Positions 1-9,946 are shown, numbered from the stretch's first letter. The stretch is DNA of 64,000 nucleotides from an uncultured Acidobacteriota bacterium (GCA_963770895.1 CAVYRF010000001.1:1280001-1344000), one strand, 5' to 3'. The notes: a model not told the origin generated them from the sequence alone. Made by a program: numbers and translations.

Positions 1-66
1 GGCGGCGACCATCCCAGCCGCCGTGCCTACACTCAGACACAGAAAATCACGCCGACTTGTAGCCAT
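1..66 (-). CDS. 5' end of a Tat-exported protein (runs off the window); possibly a multicopper oxidase
   Basis: Not in the ORF track. AAGGAG RBS then ATG at 66, translating MATSRRDFLCLSVGTAAGMVAA, a canonical twin-arginine SRRxFL signal. The product guess rests only on the upstream His/Cys-rich gene. Confidence 0.7.
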   Translation of the reverse strand, partial: MATSRRDFLCLSVGTAAGMVAA

Positions 67-222
67 CCCGAAGACTCCTTGCCGGTCCGCCATGCGGCAG
101 CAGGCCGCGCGCGGCAGGACCGTGCACGCACAGGTTGAGCAGAGCGCCTCCGGCCGGACGCAATCCGGCGCCGGCAGGGGGCTACCCGGCGAATACAGAC
201 ACCAGTGGGGGAGGGTTGAAGC

Positions 223-645
223 CTAAATGACGAGAGGGATGTGCTCGACGCCGCCGGCGAACGCGGAGAACGTCGCCGGCGTCGCTTCGGCGGGAGCCGC
301 AGCACCAGGCAGCGCCGCCAGAGCCAGCGGCCGCGCCAGCGCCAGCGCCGGCATCTGGCAGGCGTTCTGGCACAGGGCATCGCAGCAGCTCTTTGCCGGC
401 GACGTGGGCGATGCAGGAACCGTGGGCGACGTCGGCGAAATCAGCCCGGTTGCCGCAGCGGGCGCCGCCGGCGCCCGTTGCAAGCCGCCAGCGCGAGGGT
501 CTCCGGCCGCCGCCATGTTCATCCCATGGCACGAAGCGGGACGGCTCGCATGGTCCTCATGCCGCATCGCGCAGGGATGCGGACCGGCCAGCAAACCGGT
601 AGCCAACGTGGCAAGCAGGAGGAGAGCGGCGCAAATTCGCATCAA
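223..645 (-). CDS. Small exported His/Cys/Met-rich protein, putative metal-binding (DUF2946-like)
   Basis: Hydrophobic N-terminus, HPC..H..H...CH.M, CCxxxCxxxC and C-terminal EHIP; co-oriented upstream of the Tat gene. Confidence 0.55.
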   Translation of the reverse strand: MMRICAALLLLATLATGLLAGPHPCAMRHEDHASRPASCHGMNMAAAGDPRAGGLQRAPAAPAAATGLISPTSPTVPASPTSPAKSCCDALCQNACQMPALALARPLALAALPGAAAPAEATPATFSAFAGGVEHIPLVI

Positions 646-1084
646 ACGTGCCTTGGCGATTTCGCAGTAACGGGCAGCATCGGCGGTACCGTGCAGCGAC
701 GGCCAGAATCAGGCCCAGAATCAGGTAGTGACGGCGATCGCGGCATTTCAGCAGTCGCGCGCGGGTGCGCCACGGCCCTTTCGAGCCTCCTTACGATAGC
801 ACACGCGTCTGCAGTCGGAGTTGATGCGCCAACCTGCCCGGTGGCCGGCGCGGGCGCGCGATTTTTTGCGGATGGTGCGCCTGGCAGGTGGCCGCGGCGG
901 ACGCTCCGGTGGCTCCTGTAACGCGCGATGCGGTCGCGGCGCCTCACAAAGCAGCGTTCGCGTGCCTTGCGCGCGTTTGCCGCGGCTCGTTGGATCTGTC
1001 ACGATACCACCGGGCTGTAACAGTCGCCGCAGTCCGACGCCTTATCTCTCATTCGGATGGACTTGACCTCAAGGGGGTACTCTT

Positions 1085-2014
1085 ATGGTGTCCGCTCCAG
1101 CTCCAGCTTTGCACCGGTTCGCGCCGGCCGCTCTCGTCCTGGTTGCGTTGCTCGCCGTTGCCGCGCCGGTGCACGCCACGGTCTCGACGGTGTACAACTG
1201 TCCCAGCTCGGGCACGTCCGGCAATCATGACTTTCTCTACGACCCCTTCTATATCGCGACCCTGGCCGCGGTGAACATTCACCAGGTGACGCTGTTCTAC
1301 ACGGCCGACGCCGACGGCTCGTACGACCTGACGTTGAGCGCCACCAGCGGCTCGTATACCGGACCGGAGGTGGGTTCGCCGCTTAGCCAGACCGTGACGC
1401 TGACCAGCGGCGTGGATACGGCGGTCACCTGGAACTTCAACGACGCGGCGTTCACCTCCGGCAACTCGATCTACTTCCAACCCAACGGCAACGGCCCGGG
1501 CAGCATCCAGTACGAGATCACCAACCCTTCGGGCTGCCCGAACGACATCGAGACGGTGGGCGCCAGCACCAACGACAACGGCTACGCCGTCCCCGTCAAC
1601 ATCACCCAGAACACCGGCTCGTCGGGTGGCGGCAGCGGTTGCGTCGCCAACGCCACGACGCTTTGCATCGACAACAATACCGGTGACAAACGCTTTCAGA
1701 TCACCGCCGCCTATTCCACCTCGCAGGACGGTGGACGCTCGGGCAACGGCGGCGCCATCTCGCTTGCCCCGGTCAACGTGACGCAGGGCGGCATCTTCTG
1801 GTTCTTCGCCTCGACCAATCCGGAGATGCTGATCAAGGTGCTCAACGGCTGCGCCGTGGACGACAAGTTCTGGGTCTTCTATGCCGCCATGACCAACGTC
1901 GGTTTCACCGTCACCGTCAAGGACACCAAGACCAACGCCATCAAGACCTACAAGAACACCGACCTGACCGCGGCGCCGCCGGTTCAGGACACCGCCGCCT
2001 TCCCCTGCCCGTAA
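1085..2014 (+). CDS. Secreted protein with beta-rich N-domain and a Cys-bounded C-terminal domain
   Basis: Signal peptide (..APVHA), typical codon usage, Gly/Ser linker, then C..TLC..RF..FWFF..NPEMLIKVLNGC..FWVF.AAMTNV..TVKDT..QDTAAFPCP. Confidence 0.85.
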   Translation: MVSAPAPALHRFAPAALVLVALLAVAAPVHATVSTVYNCPSSGTSGNHDFLYDPFYIATLAAVNIHQVTLFYTADADGSYDLTLSATSGSYTGPEVGSPLSQTVTLTSGVDTAVTWNFNDAAFTSGNSIYFQPNGNGPGSIQYEITNPSGCPNDIETVGASTNDNGYAVPVNITQNTGSSGGGSGCVANATTLCIDNNTGDKRFQITAAYSTSQDGGRSGNGGAISLAPVNVTQGGIFWFFASTNPEMLIKVLNGCAVDDKFWVFYAAMTNVGFTVTVKDTKTNAIKTYKNTDLTAAPPVQDTAAFPCP

Positions 2015-2037
2015 CGGGCTGACCCGCCTGCCGCGCG

Positions 2038-2068
2038 CCCGGCCGTCGCTCCGTATGGGACGGCCGGG
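2038..2068. terminator. GC hairpin downstream of the secreted-protein gene
   Basis: cccggccgtc...gacggccggg inverted repeat about 25 nt after the stop; weak U tail. Confidence 0.45.
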
Positions 2069-2069
2069 T

Positions 2070-2372
2070 TCGACGTACCGATCGTCTATACCAGCACGCC
2101 AGGTGAGGTGCAGTCCTTGCTGACGGTGCCCGGCGCCGGGATCGCTTCTCCCGCGGCGACCAGTGTGGTCCCCGAAGTGCAACGCCAAAGGCCGATTGTC
2201 TGTGGACTGCAGATCCAGAACTTCGACACGGACGTTCGCCCTGACCGCCCGAAAGCCGAACTCATCTTCGTGGCGGGTCACGCCGACGGATCGAACCGAA
2301 GGATCGCTGGCGAAGATCTCAGCGGCCGCGGCTTCCACCTTCTGCAAAGCCCTGCTCGATGGGTACACCCAT
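2070..2372 (-). pseudogene. Rearranged gene remnant (frameshift plus internally inverted segment)
   Basis: Minus strand: GGAG RBS, ATG 2372, MGVPIEQ/(+1 G)/ALQKVEAAAAEIFASDPSVRSVGVTRHEDEFGFRAVR to about 2240. Plus strand about 2070-2240 reads VPIVYTSTPGEVQSLLTVPGAGIASPAATSVVPEVQRQRPIVCGLQIQNFDTDVR, protein-like but with no obvious own RBS or start. Confidence 0.5.
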
Positions 2373-2549
2373 GGTCCACTCCAGGCAAGGGCCGAACCTC
2401 AGGGTCCATCCCCCAAGGGCGGTCTTGCACACACCGAAATAGACGGAACTGCGAGGGGAATTCGCGCAAGCGCCGCGAGACTTGCCGGCCGGCCGAGGGA
2501 GGCTACCGGATTGTCAGTCGGATCATCAGCCGGCTGAGCGGCCGGATGT

Positions 2550-2801
2550 TCAGCCTGCCTTCAGCGGTTCTGGCAGCGTGAAGCCGGGGTGTACCAGGAT
2601 GGGAACGGTTTCGCCGTCGAGTACCAGGGACGTGGGGATCTGCGATGCGTCGGCTGCCGCGATCCGAACGCGAATTGCCAGCGCGGAAGGGTTGTTCGGC
2701 TGTGCAGTCAAGCCGATGGAATACCCACCTTCGTACCGGTTGAGGATCTGGCGCTGGATGTCAGGACGTTCGATCAGTTTCGCCAAGCGAGTGGCATCCA
2801 T
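2550..2801 (-). CDS. 83-aa hypothetical protein
   Basis: Tail of the spurious 784-aa ORF: MDATRLAKLIERPDIQRQILNRYEGGYSIGLT...IPTSLVLDGETVPILVHPGF; TACACT sits 6 nt before the ATG. Confidence 0.7.
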   Translation of the reverse strand: MDATRLAKLIERPDIQRQILNRYEGGYSIGLTAQPNNPSALAIRVRIAAADASQIPTSLVLDGETVPILVHPGFTLPEPLKAG

Positions 2802-2911
2802 TGTTCGAGTGTAGAAGCTGGTAATACGGAAAGCAAGGGGACCCCGCCGGCGGCGCCGGCGCGCGAGCGTAGTTCCGGAAGTGCCGAGGATGCGGGGGTG
2901 GCGCGTGCCGC

Positions 2912-5368
2912 CTACTCGTCGCGCAGCGCATCCAGCGGGTCCAGCTGACTGGCGCGGTGGGCGGGGATGGAGCTGGCCAGCAGGGCGACCAGGGCCAGCA
3001 GCGGCGGCGCGAGCAGGAAGGCGAGCGGATCGCGGGCGGTGACGCCGTAGAGCAGGCCGCCCAGCAGGCGGGTGGCGGCGAGGGCGCCGGCGATGCCGGC
3101 GACCAGGCCGGCCAGGACGGCTCCCATGCCCTGGCGCAGGACCAGGCGCAGGATCTGCGCGCCGGTGGCGCCCAGGGCCAGGCGCACGCCGATCTCGCGG
3201 GTGCGCTGGCCGACCAGGTAGGACAGCACGCCGTAGATGCCGAGCGACGCAAGGGCCAGGGCGAGCAGCGCCATGAGCGCCAGGAGCGCGGTGGCGAAGC
3301 GGCGTGATCCCAGGGATTCGCCGCGCACCGCGTCCATGGTCTTGACGTCGGTGACGGGCTGGTCGGGGTCGACGGCCCACACCTGGCGCGAGATGGTGGC
3401 GGCCAAGGCGGGGGAGGCGTCGGCGGTGCGCACCGCCAGGCTCATCGGCAGCAGGCCGACGAACATGTTGACCATCGGGTCGGGCAGTTGCGCCAGCGGC
3501 AGGTAGACCACCTTGGATGGATCGCGGTCCAGACCCTCTTCGTGCACGTCGCCGAGGACGCCGACGATGGTGCGCGGGCCGCGGTCGGTCATGGCGTCGC
3601 CGGTTGGCGGGCCGATGACGATGCGCTGGCCGATGGGGTCCTGGCCGGGCCAGCAGGTGTCGGCGGTCTTCCTGGTGACGATCGCGACCAGCGGCGCGCC
3701 CGCGCGGTCGGCGGCGGTGAAGGCGCGCCCGCTGCGCAGCGGGATGCGCAGGGTCTGGAAGTAGCCGGCGGTGACCGGCCGGTATTGGGCGTCGTAGTAG
3801 CCGCTGCCGTCGTCGCCGCCGCCCTTGCGGCCCGGGATGGCAAACGCCAGGTCGGGTCCGGACTCGAGCGGCAGGGTGGGGGTGATGGCCGCCTGCCGCA
3901 CCTCGGGCAGGGCGTGCAGGCGGTCGAGCACGGCGTCGCTGAAGCGTGCCAGCGCGCCGGCGCTGCCGTAGCGGCTGGCCGGCAGCGACATCTTGAAGGT
4001 CATGACCCCCTGCGGATCGAAGCCGGCGTCGGTCTGCAGCAGGCCGACGAAGCTGTGCACCAACATCGAGGCGCTGGTGATCAGCACCAGCGCCAGGGCG
4101 ACCTCGGCGGCCACCAGCAGGCGCCGCACCCACTGCCCGCCGGTGCTGCCGGCGGTGCGGTTGCCCCCCTCCTTGAGCGGCCCGCTCAGGTTGGCGCGCG
4201 CCATCTGCAGCGCCGGCGCCAGGCCGAAGAGCACCCCCGAAACGATCGACAGCGCCAGGGTGAACGCCAGCACCCGCCCGTCGATGGTGGCCTGGGCGAC
4301 GCGGTCCAGGCTCACCGGGCTGATCGCCAGCAGCGGCCGGATCGCCGCCGCTCCCAGCAGCAGGCCGACGGCGCCGCCGGCCAGCGACAGCAACACGCTT
4401 TCGGTCAGCAGCTGGCGCGCGATGCGCGCGGCGGTGGCGCCCAGCGCCGAGCGGATGGCGATCTCGCGCTGCCGCGCCGACGCCCGCGCCAGCTGCAGGT
4501 TGGCGATGTTGACGCAGGCGATCAGCAGCACCGCGCCGACCGCCGCCAGCAGCACCAGCAGCGCCGGCCGCGTCCGCCCGTAGAGGCGTTCCTGCAGCGG
4601 CTGGACGCTGAAGGATTCGTCGGCGGCCAGGTCTCTCGGGTAGGCGGCGTCGTAGGCGTGGCGGAGCGAGCGCACCATCGCCCGCGCGGTCGCCGCGGCG
4701 ACGCCCTGGCGCAGCCGCGCCACGATCTGGAAGTAGTTGGACTGCTGGGTGCTGCCGGGATCGAACTCGGACGGCGTCCACAGCTCGGCCACGCCCGGAA
4801 AGGCGAAGCCGGCCGGCATCACGCCGACGACCGTGTACAGGCCGCCGTTGAGCCGCAGCTGGCGGCCCAGGATGCGCGGATCGGCGCCAAAGCGCCGCTC
4901 CCACAGGCGGTGGCTGAGCACCAGCACCTGGCGCGCGCCGGGGCGGTCTTCCTCGGGCAGGAAGTCGCGGCCCAGCGCCGGCCGCACCCCCAGGGTGGCA
5001 AAGAAGTCGGCGCTCACCCGCGCCCCGCGCAGCCGCTCGGGCGCGCCCTGGCCGGCCAGGTTGAAGCCGGACCCCAGGTCCTCGTACGCGGCGGCCGTGA
5101 CGAACTCCCGCCGGGTGTGCTCGCGCAGGAACATGAACTTGGGTACCGACATCGCAACCGACTCGTAGGTCGGCCAGTGGCGCACCAGGACCATCAGGCT
5201 TGCGGCCTGGGGCAGCGGCAGGGGCTTGAGGATGAGCGCGTCGGCGACGCTGAAGATCGCGGTGTTGGCGCCGATCGCGAGCCCCAGGGTGAGCAGCGCC
5301 ACGGCGGTGAAGCCCGGTTCGCGCGCCAGGTTGCGCGCCGCGTAGGTCAGGTCGTTGCGTATCGACAT
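2912..5368 (-). CDS. ABC transporter permease, ADOP (duplicated MacB/FtsX) family
   Basis: DLTYAARNL..PGFT..LTLGLAIGANTAIFS, LLIACVNIANL, REIAIRSALGA, QRTREIGVRLALGA, DPLDALRDE; AGGAGG RBS before ATG 5368. Confidence 0.95.
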   Translation of the reverse strand: MSIRNDLTYAARNLAREPGFTAVALLTLGLAIGANTAIFSVADALILKPLPLPQAASLMVLVRHWPTYESVAMSVPKFMFLREHTRREFVTAAAYEDLGSGFNLAGQGAPERLRGARVSADFFATLGVRPALGRDFLPEEDRPGARQVLVLSHRLWERRFGADPRILGRQLRLNGGLYTVVGVMPAGFAFPGVAELWTPSEFDPGSTQQSNYFQIVARLRQGVAAATARAMVRSLRHAYDAAYPRDLAADESFSVQPLQERLYGRTRPALLVLLAAVGAVLLIACVNIANLQLARASARQREIAIRSALGATAARIARQLLTESVLLSLAGGAVGLLLGAAAIRPLLAISPVSLDRVAQATIDGRVLAFTLALSIVSGVLFGLAPALQMARANLSGPLKEGGNRTAGSTGGQWVRRLLVAAEVALALVLITSASMLVHSFVGLLQTDAGFDPQGVMTFKMSLPASRYGSAGALARFSDAVLDRLHALPEVRQAAITPTLPLESGPDLAFAIPGRKGGGDDGSGYYDAQYRPVTAGYFQTLRIPLRSGRAFTAADRAGAPLVAIVTRKTADTCWPGQDPIGQRIVIGPPTGDAMTDRGPRTIVGVLGDVHEEGLDRDPSKVVYLPLAQLPDPMVNMFVGLLPMSLAVRTADASPALAATISRQVWAVDPDQPVTDVKTMDAVRGESLGSRRFATALLALMALLALALASLGIYGVLSYLVGQRTREIGVRLALGATGAQILRLVLRQGMGAVLAGLVAGIAGALAATRLLGGLLYGVTARDPLAFLLAPPLLALVALLASSIPAHRASQLDPLDALRDE

Positions 5369-5519
5369 CGCCCCCCTCCTTGAGCCGGCCGTGATGAGCA
5401 ACTCTACGGCCGCCGGTGGAGCGGGGTTTCAGGCGCCTCCGGGTGGTCGTTCCCTCGCCTTTCGGCGGGCTGGCCGGGAGGCCCCGGCGGCGGCGCTCGG
5501 GGGCGCCGCGGGCTGGGCG

Positions 5520-6803
5520 CTACAGCGCGCGCGGGCGGCTGGCGGCGCGGTTTTGGGCGACGCGCAGCTCCTGGCCTTCGACCAGGGAATCGGGGGGATT
5601 GTCGACCACCTGCTGGCCGGGGGTGAGGCCGGCGACGACTTCGACCTGGGTGCCGTAGTCGCGGCCGACGGTGATCGGCGTCATGTGGGCGCGACTGTCG
5701 GCGCCCAGGGTGGCGACGCGCAGCCCCTCGGATTGGAAAATGAGCGCGCTGACCGGCACCAGCAGGGTGGGGAAGTCGCGCGGCAGCGAGAGATGGACCT
5801 GGGTGTAGGCGCCGGGCAGCAGCTCGCCCGTGGTGTTGTTGACGTCCACTTCCGCCAGCAGGGTGCGGCTGGCGGCCGAGATCGAGTTGGAGTTGCGCAC
5901 CAGCTTGCCGTCGAAGTGCTTGCCGGGAATCTCGGCCAGCGTCAGGTAGGCGGTCATGCCGGGCAGCGCCGAGCGCGAATCGATCTGCGGCACGTTGACG
6001 TAGACGCGCAGCGTGTTGATGGCGGCCATGTGGAATAGCTCGTGCGCCGTGCCGGTGGCGCTGCCCGAATCGATCAGCTGGCCGACGTCGGTGTCGCGCG
6101 CGGTGATCACGCCGTCGAATGGCGCATAGATTTTTTCGAAGGACTGGAGCTGTGCGAGGCGCCGCACGTTGGCTTGCGACGAGTTGACCATGGTGGCCTT
6201 GGCCTTGGCGTCGGCGACCGCGTTGTCGGTATCCTGCTGCGACACCGAATTGGTCTTGATCAGCTCCAGGTACCGCTTGGCGGTGATCTGCGACAGCTCC
6301 AGGTTGGCCTGGGCGGTCGCCAGGTCGGCGCGCGCCTGGTCGAGCTGCTGGTCGGCTTCGGGCGTCTCGATCTCGGCCAGCAGCTGCCCCTTCTTGACCC
6401 GCGCGCCAATGTCGGCATACCACTTCTTGAGGTAGCCGTTGGTGCGCGCGTAGATCGGCGCGTCGCTGAACGCCTGGATGTTGCCGGGCAGGACGATCTC
6501 CTGCTGCGGCGCGCCCAGCTTGGGCACCATCACCGTCACGGTGGCGATCGCCTTTTCGCGCGTCTGCTGCGCCAGCTCGTGATCCGCGTGCATGCGCGGC
6601 ACGATGCCGGCGACCGCCAGCGAGATGACCAGCACGCCGCCGATCGACAACAGCAGCACGCTGCGCGTGCGCGAGCGGCCGGCGGGGGCCGCGGCGGCGT
6701 CCGGCGGCGGCGCCGGGATCGCGGCCGGATGGCTGGAGTCGACCGCCGGGTTTTGCCGGCCGTCGTGAGAATTCAGATGGCGATCGCCATCGTCAGGATT
6801 CAT
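5520..6803 (-). CDS. RND efflux membrane fusion (periplasmic adaptor) protein
   Basis: TM anchor, APIYARTNGYL..DIGARVKKGQLLAEI lipoyl motif, APFDGVIT; start overlaps the RND stop (ATGA). Confidence 0.93.
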   Translation of the reverse strand: MNPDDGDRHLNSHDGRQNPAVDSSHPAAIPAPPPDAAAAPAGRSRTRSVLLLSIGGVLVISLAVAGIVPRMHADHELAQQTREKAIATVTVMVPKLGAPQQEIVLPGNIQAFSDAPIYARTNGYLKKWYADIGARVKKGQLLAEIETPEADQQLDQARADLATAQANLELSQITAKRYLELIKTNSVSQQDTDNAVADAKAKATMVNSSQANVRRLAQLQSFEKIYAPFDGVITARDTDVGQLIDSGSATGTAHELFHMAAINTLRVYVNVPQIDSRSALPGMTAYLTLAEIPGKHFDGKLVRNSNSISAASRTLLAEVDVNNTTGELLPGAYTQVHLSLPRDFPTLLVPVSALIFQSEGLRVATLGADSRAHMTPITVGRDYGTQVEVVAGLTPGQQVVDNPPDSLVEGQELRVAQNRAASRPRAL

Positions 6804-9800
6804 CGAGCTTTCTCCTCGCGATGCATGAGACTGAAGAACGCTGGAACGAAGGTCAAGGTTGCAACGGTCGCCAGCAGCAGGCCGCCGATCACCGCGCGTC
6901 CCAGCGGCGCGTTCTGTTCGCCGCCGTCGCCCAGCCCCAGGGCCATCGGCACCATGCCGATGATCATCGCCAGGGCGGTCATCAGGACGGGGCGGAAGCG
7001 GGTGAAGCCGGCCGACAGCGCCGCCTGGGCGGCGGTCATGCCGGCGTCCATCTGTTCCTTGGCGAAGCTGACCACCAGGATGCTGTTGGCGGTGGCGACT
7101 CCCATGCACATGATCGAACCGGTCAGGGCCGGCACGCTGATCCGCGTCCAGGTCAGGAACAGGAACCAGACGATGCCGCAAAGGGCCGCCGGCAGCGCCG
7201 CGATGATGATGAACGGATCGAGCCAGGACTGGAAGTTGATGACGATCAGCAGGTACACCAGCACGATCGACAGCAGCAGGCCGCCGAGCAGCCCGATGTA
7301 GGACAGGCGCATGGTCTGGATCTGGCCGCGCACGATGATCTGCGAGCCGCGCGGCAGGCTCTTCTTGCCGGCGGCGACGATCCTGTCGATCTGCCTGGCG
7401 ACGGTGGCGAGCGCCGTGCCCTCGACCGCGCCGTAGATGTCGATCACCGGCTGGACGTCGTAGTGGCTGACCGTGCCCGGCTCGGCGCCGCGCACGACCG
7501 ACGCGACGTTGCCGAGAATCTGCGGCGCCGCGCCGGTGCTACCGGTGATCGGTATGTTTTCAAGATCCTGCACGCTGGTCAGCCGGTATTGCGGCGATTG
7601 CACGGTCAGGTTGTAGGTCACGGCCTGCGGGCTCAGCCAGTAGGTGGGCTGGGTCTGGCCGCTGCCCGAGAGCGCCACCAGGAGGTTGCCCGCCACGTCG
7701 TGCTGGGTATAGCCGACCTGCTGCGCCAGGGTGCGGTCCACGTTGACGGTCAGCTTGGGCTGATCGAACGGCTGGTGGATGCGCAGATCGGTGGTGCCGG
7801 GGATCTCTCGCACCTGGGCCAGCATTTTTTCGGCGAAGGCGCGATTGCCTGTCAGGTTGTTGCCGACGATCTGGATGTCGATCGGCGCCGGCAGGCCGAA
7901 GTTGAGGATCTGGCTGACGATGTCGGTCGGCAGGTAGTAGAAGGTGGTGCCGGGAAACTCTTGCAACAGGCGGGTGCGCACCTGGCGCATGTACCCGCCG
8001 GTGGGATGGTGGTCGGGCGTCAGCGTCACCAGGATGTCGGCGTCGCCGGGGCCGATCGGCGCCGAGTTGCTGTAGGAAAGGTTGAGGCCGCTGTAGGGCA
8101 CGCCGATGTTGTCCAGCACGGCCACGATTTCATTGGGCGGCACGACCGAGCGGATGGTCTTGCCGATCTCGGCGCAGAGGCGTGCGGTCTCTTCGATGCG
8201 CGTGCCGGTGCGCGCCCGCACGTGCAGCTTGAACTGCCCGCCGTCGACCGAGGGAAAGAAGTCTTCCCCCAGCCACGGATAGAGCACCGCGGCGGACAGC
8301 GCGCAGAACCCCAGGAACACCAGGATGAACACGCCGCGATGGGCGATGACGCCTTCCAGCATGCGGTGATAGCCCTCGCGCAGGCGCTCGAAGCGCCGCT
8401 CGAAGGCGAGCTGCAGGCGGATGAACGGATTGCGGCTCTGCGCCGCAGCCGCGGCGGCGGTGTGCGAATGCTCCTTGAGCAGGTACTTGGCCATCGTCGG
8501 CACCAGCGTGCGCGACAGGAAATACGACGCCAGCATGGCAAAGACCACGGCTTCGGCGAGCGGCACGAACAGGTAGCGCGCCACGCCCGACAGAAAGAAC
8601 ATCGGCACGAAGACGATGCAGATGGCAAGCGTCGACACGAACGCCGGCACCGCGATCTGCGACGCGCCGTCCAGGATGGCGCGCTCGATCTCCTTGCCCT
8701 GTTCGAGGTTGCGGTTGATGTTTTCGATCTCCACCGTGGCGTCGTCGACCAGGATGCCGACCGCCAGCGCCAGCCCGCCCAGGGTCATGATGTTGATCGT
8801 TTCGCCCAGCGCGCTCATGGTGATGAGCGACACCAGGATCGACAGCGGGATCGACACCGCGATGATCACGGTGCTGCGCCAGCTGCCCAGGAACAGCAGG
8901 ATCATGGCGGCCGTCAGGCAGGCGGCGATGACCGCTTCGCGCACCACGCCGTCGATGGCGCTGCGCACGAACACCGACTGGTCGGCCAGCGGCGTGATGT
9001 TGAGGTTCGACGGCAGGGTGGTGGCGATGGCCGGCAGGCGCTCGCGCACCCGCTTGATGATGTCGAGCGTGGACGCGGCGCCGGTCTTGAGGATGGTCAG
9101 CACCGAGGCGCGCTGGCCGTTGACCAGCACGATGTTGGTCTGCGGCGGAAAGCCGTCGCGCACGTGCGCCACGTCGTGGACGTAGATGGTGGCGTTGCCG
9201 ACGGTCTTGATCGGCAGGTCGTTGAGCTCCTGGATGGTGACCGGGCTGCTGTTGGTTTCGATTTGATATTCGAAAGTGCCGATCTTGGCGGTGCCGGCGG
9301 GCAGGATGATGTTCTGCAGGCTGAAGGCGTTGACCACGTCGTTGGGAGACAGGCCCTTGGCCTGCAGCGCGGCGCTGTCCAGGTCCACCTGGATCTGGCG
9401 CGTCTTGCCGCCGTAGGGGAACGGGATGGCGGCGCCCTGCACCGTTGCCAGCTGGGTGCGGATGAAGTTCACGCCGTAGTCGCTCAGCTGCTGCTCGGAC
9501 AGCCCCTGCCCCGACAGCGCCAGCTGCAGCACCGGCACGGTCGAGGCGTTGTAGGTGATGACCAGCGGCGGCGTCGTGCCCGGCGGCGCCGAGCGCAGCT
9601 GGGTCTGCGCGATCGCGGTCACCTGCGCGATCGCCGACGCGATGCTGACGTTGGGCTGAAAGAAAATCTTCACCACCGAGATGCCGGAGAGCGTTTGCGA
9701 TTCGATGTGCTCGATGTCGTTGACCGTGGTGGTCAGACCGCGTTCGAAGTTGGTGACGATGCGGTTGGTCAGCTGTTCCGGCGACAGCCCGGCATAGTTC

Positions 9801-9946
9801 CAGATGACGCTGACGACGGGAATGTTGATGTTGGGAAAGATGTCGGTCGGCGTGCGCCCGATCACGATGGGAGCCAGGATCAGCAGCAGCAGCGCCAGGA
9901 CCACGAAGGTATAAGGCCGGCGCAAGGCCAGGCGTACGATCCACAT
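6800..9946 (-). CDS. RND efflux permease (AcrB/AcrD/AcrF family)
   Basis: MWIVRLALRRPY, GILVDDATVEIENI, TRFRPVLMT, PLGRAVIGGL; 1048 aa. Confidence 0.96.
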   Translation of the reverse strand: MWIVRLALRRPYTFVVLALLLLILAPIVIGRTPTDIFPNINIPVVSVIWNYAGLSPEQLTNRIVTNFERGLTTTVNDIEHIESQTLSGISVVKIFFQPNVSIASAIAQVTAIAQTQLRSAPPGTTPPLVITYNASTVPVLQLALSGQGLSEQQLSDYGVNFIRTQLATVQGAAIPFPYGGKTRQIQVDLDSAALQAKGLSPNDVVNAFSLQNIILPAGTAKIGTFEYQIETNSSPVTIQELNDLPIKTVGNATIYVHDVAHVRDGFPPQTNIVLVNGQRASVLTILKTGAASTLDIIKRVRERLPAIATTLPSNLNITPLADQSVFVRSAIDGVVREAVIAACLTAAMILLFLGSWRSTVIIAVSIPLSILVSLITMSALGETINIMTLGGLALAVGILVDDATVEIENINRNLEQGKEIERAILDGASQIAVPAFVSTLAICIVFVPMFFLSGVARYLFVPLAEAVVFAMLASYFLSRTLVPTMAKYLLKEHSHTAAAAAAQSRNPFIRLQLAFERRFERLREGYHRMLEGVIAHRGVFILVFLGFCALSAAVLYPWLGEDFFPSVDGGQFKLHVRARTGTRIEETARLCAEIGKTIRSVVPPNEIVAVLDNIGVPYSGLNLSYSNSAPIGPGDADILVTLTPDHHPTGGYMRQVRTRLLQEFPGTTFYYLPTDIVSQILNFGLPAPIDIQIVGNNLTGNRAFAEKMLAQVREIPGTTDLRIHQPFDQPKLTVNVDRTLAQQVGYTQHDVAGNLLVALSGSGQTQPTYWLSPQAVTYNLTVQSPQYRLTSVQDLENIPITGSTGAAPQILGNVASVVRGAEPGTVSHYDVQPVIDIYGAVEGTALATVARQIDRIVAAGKKSLPRGSQIIVRGQIQTMRLSYIGLLGGLLLSIVLVYLLIVINFQSWLDPFIIIAALPAALCGIVWFLFLTWTRISVPALTGSIMCMGVATANSILVVSFAKEQMDAGMTAAQAALSAGFTRFRPVLMTALAMIIGMVPMALGLGDGGEQNAPLGRAVIGGLLLATVATLTFVPAFFSLMHREEKAR

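Noticed and set aside
1049-2368. 439-aa minus-strand ORF
   Set aside because: Only the first 45 or so codons look coding (gene remnant); the rest is antisense to the secreted protein.
2550-4904. 784-aa ORF
   Set aside because: Off-frame overlap of the ADOP gene; only the last 83 codons are a plausible gene.
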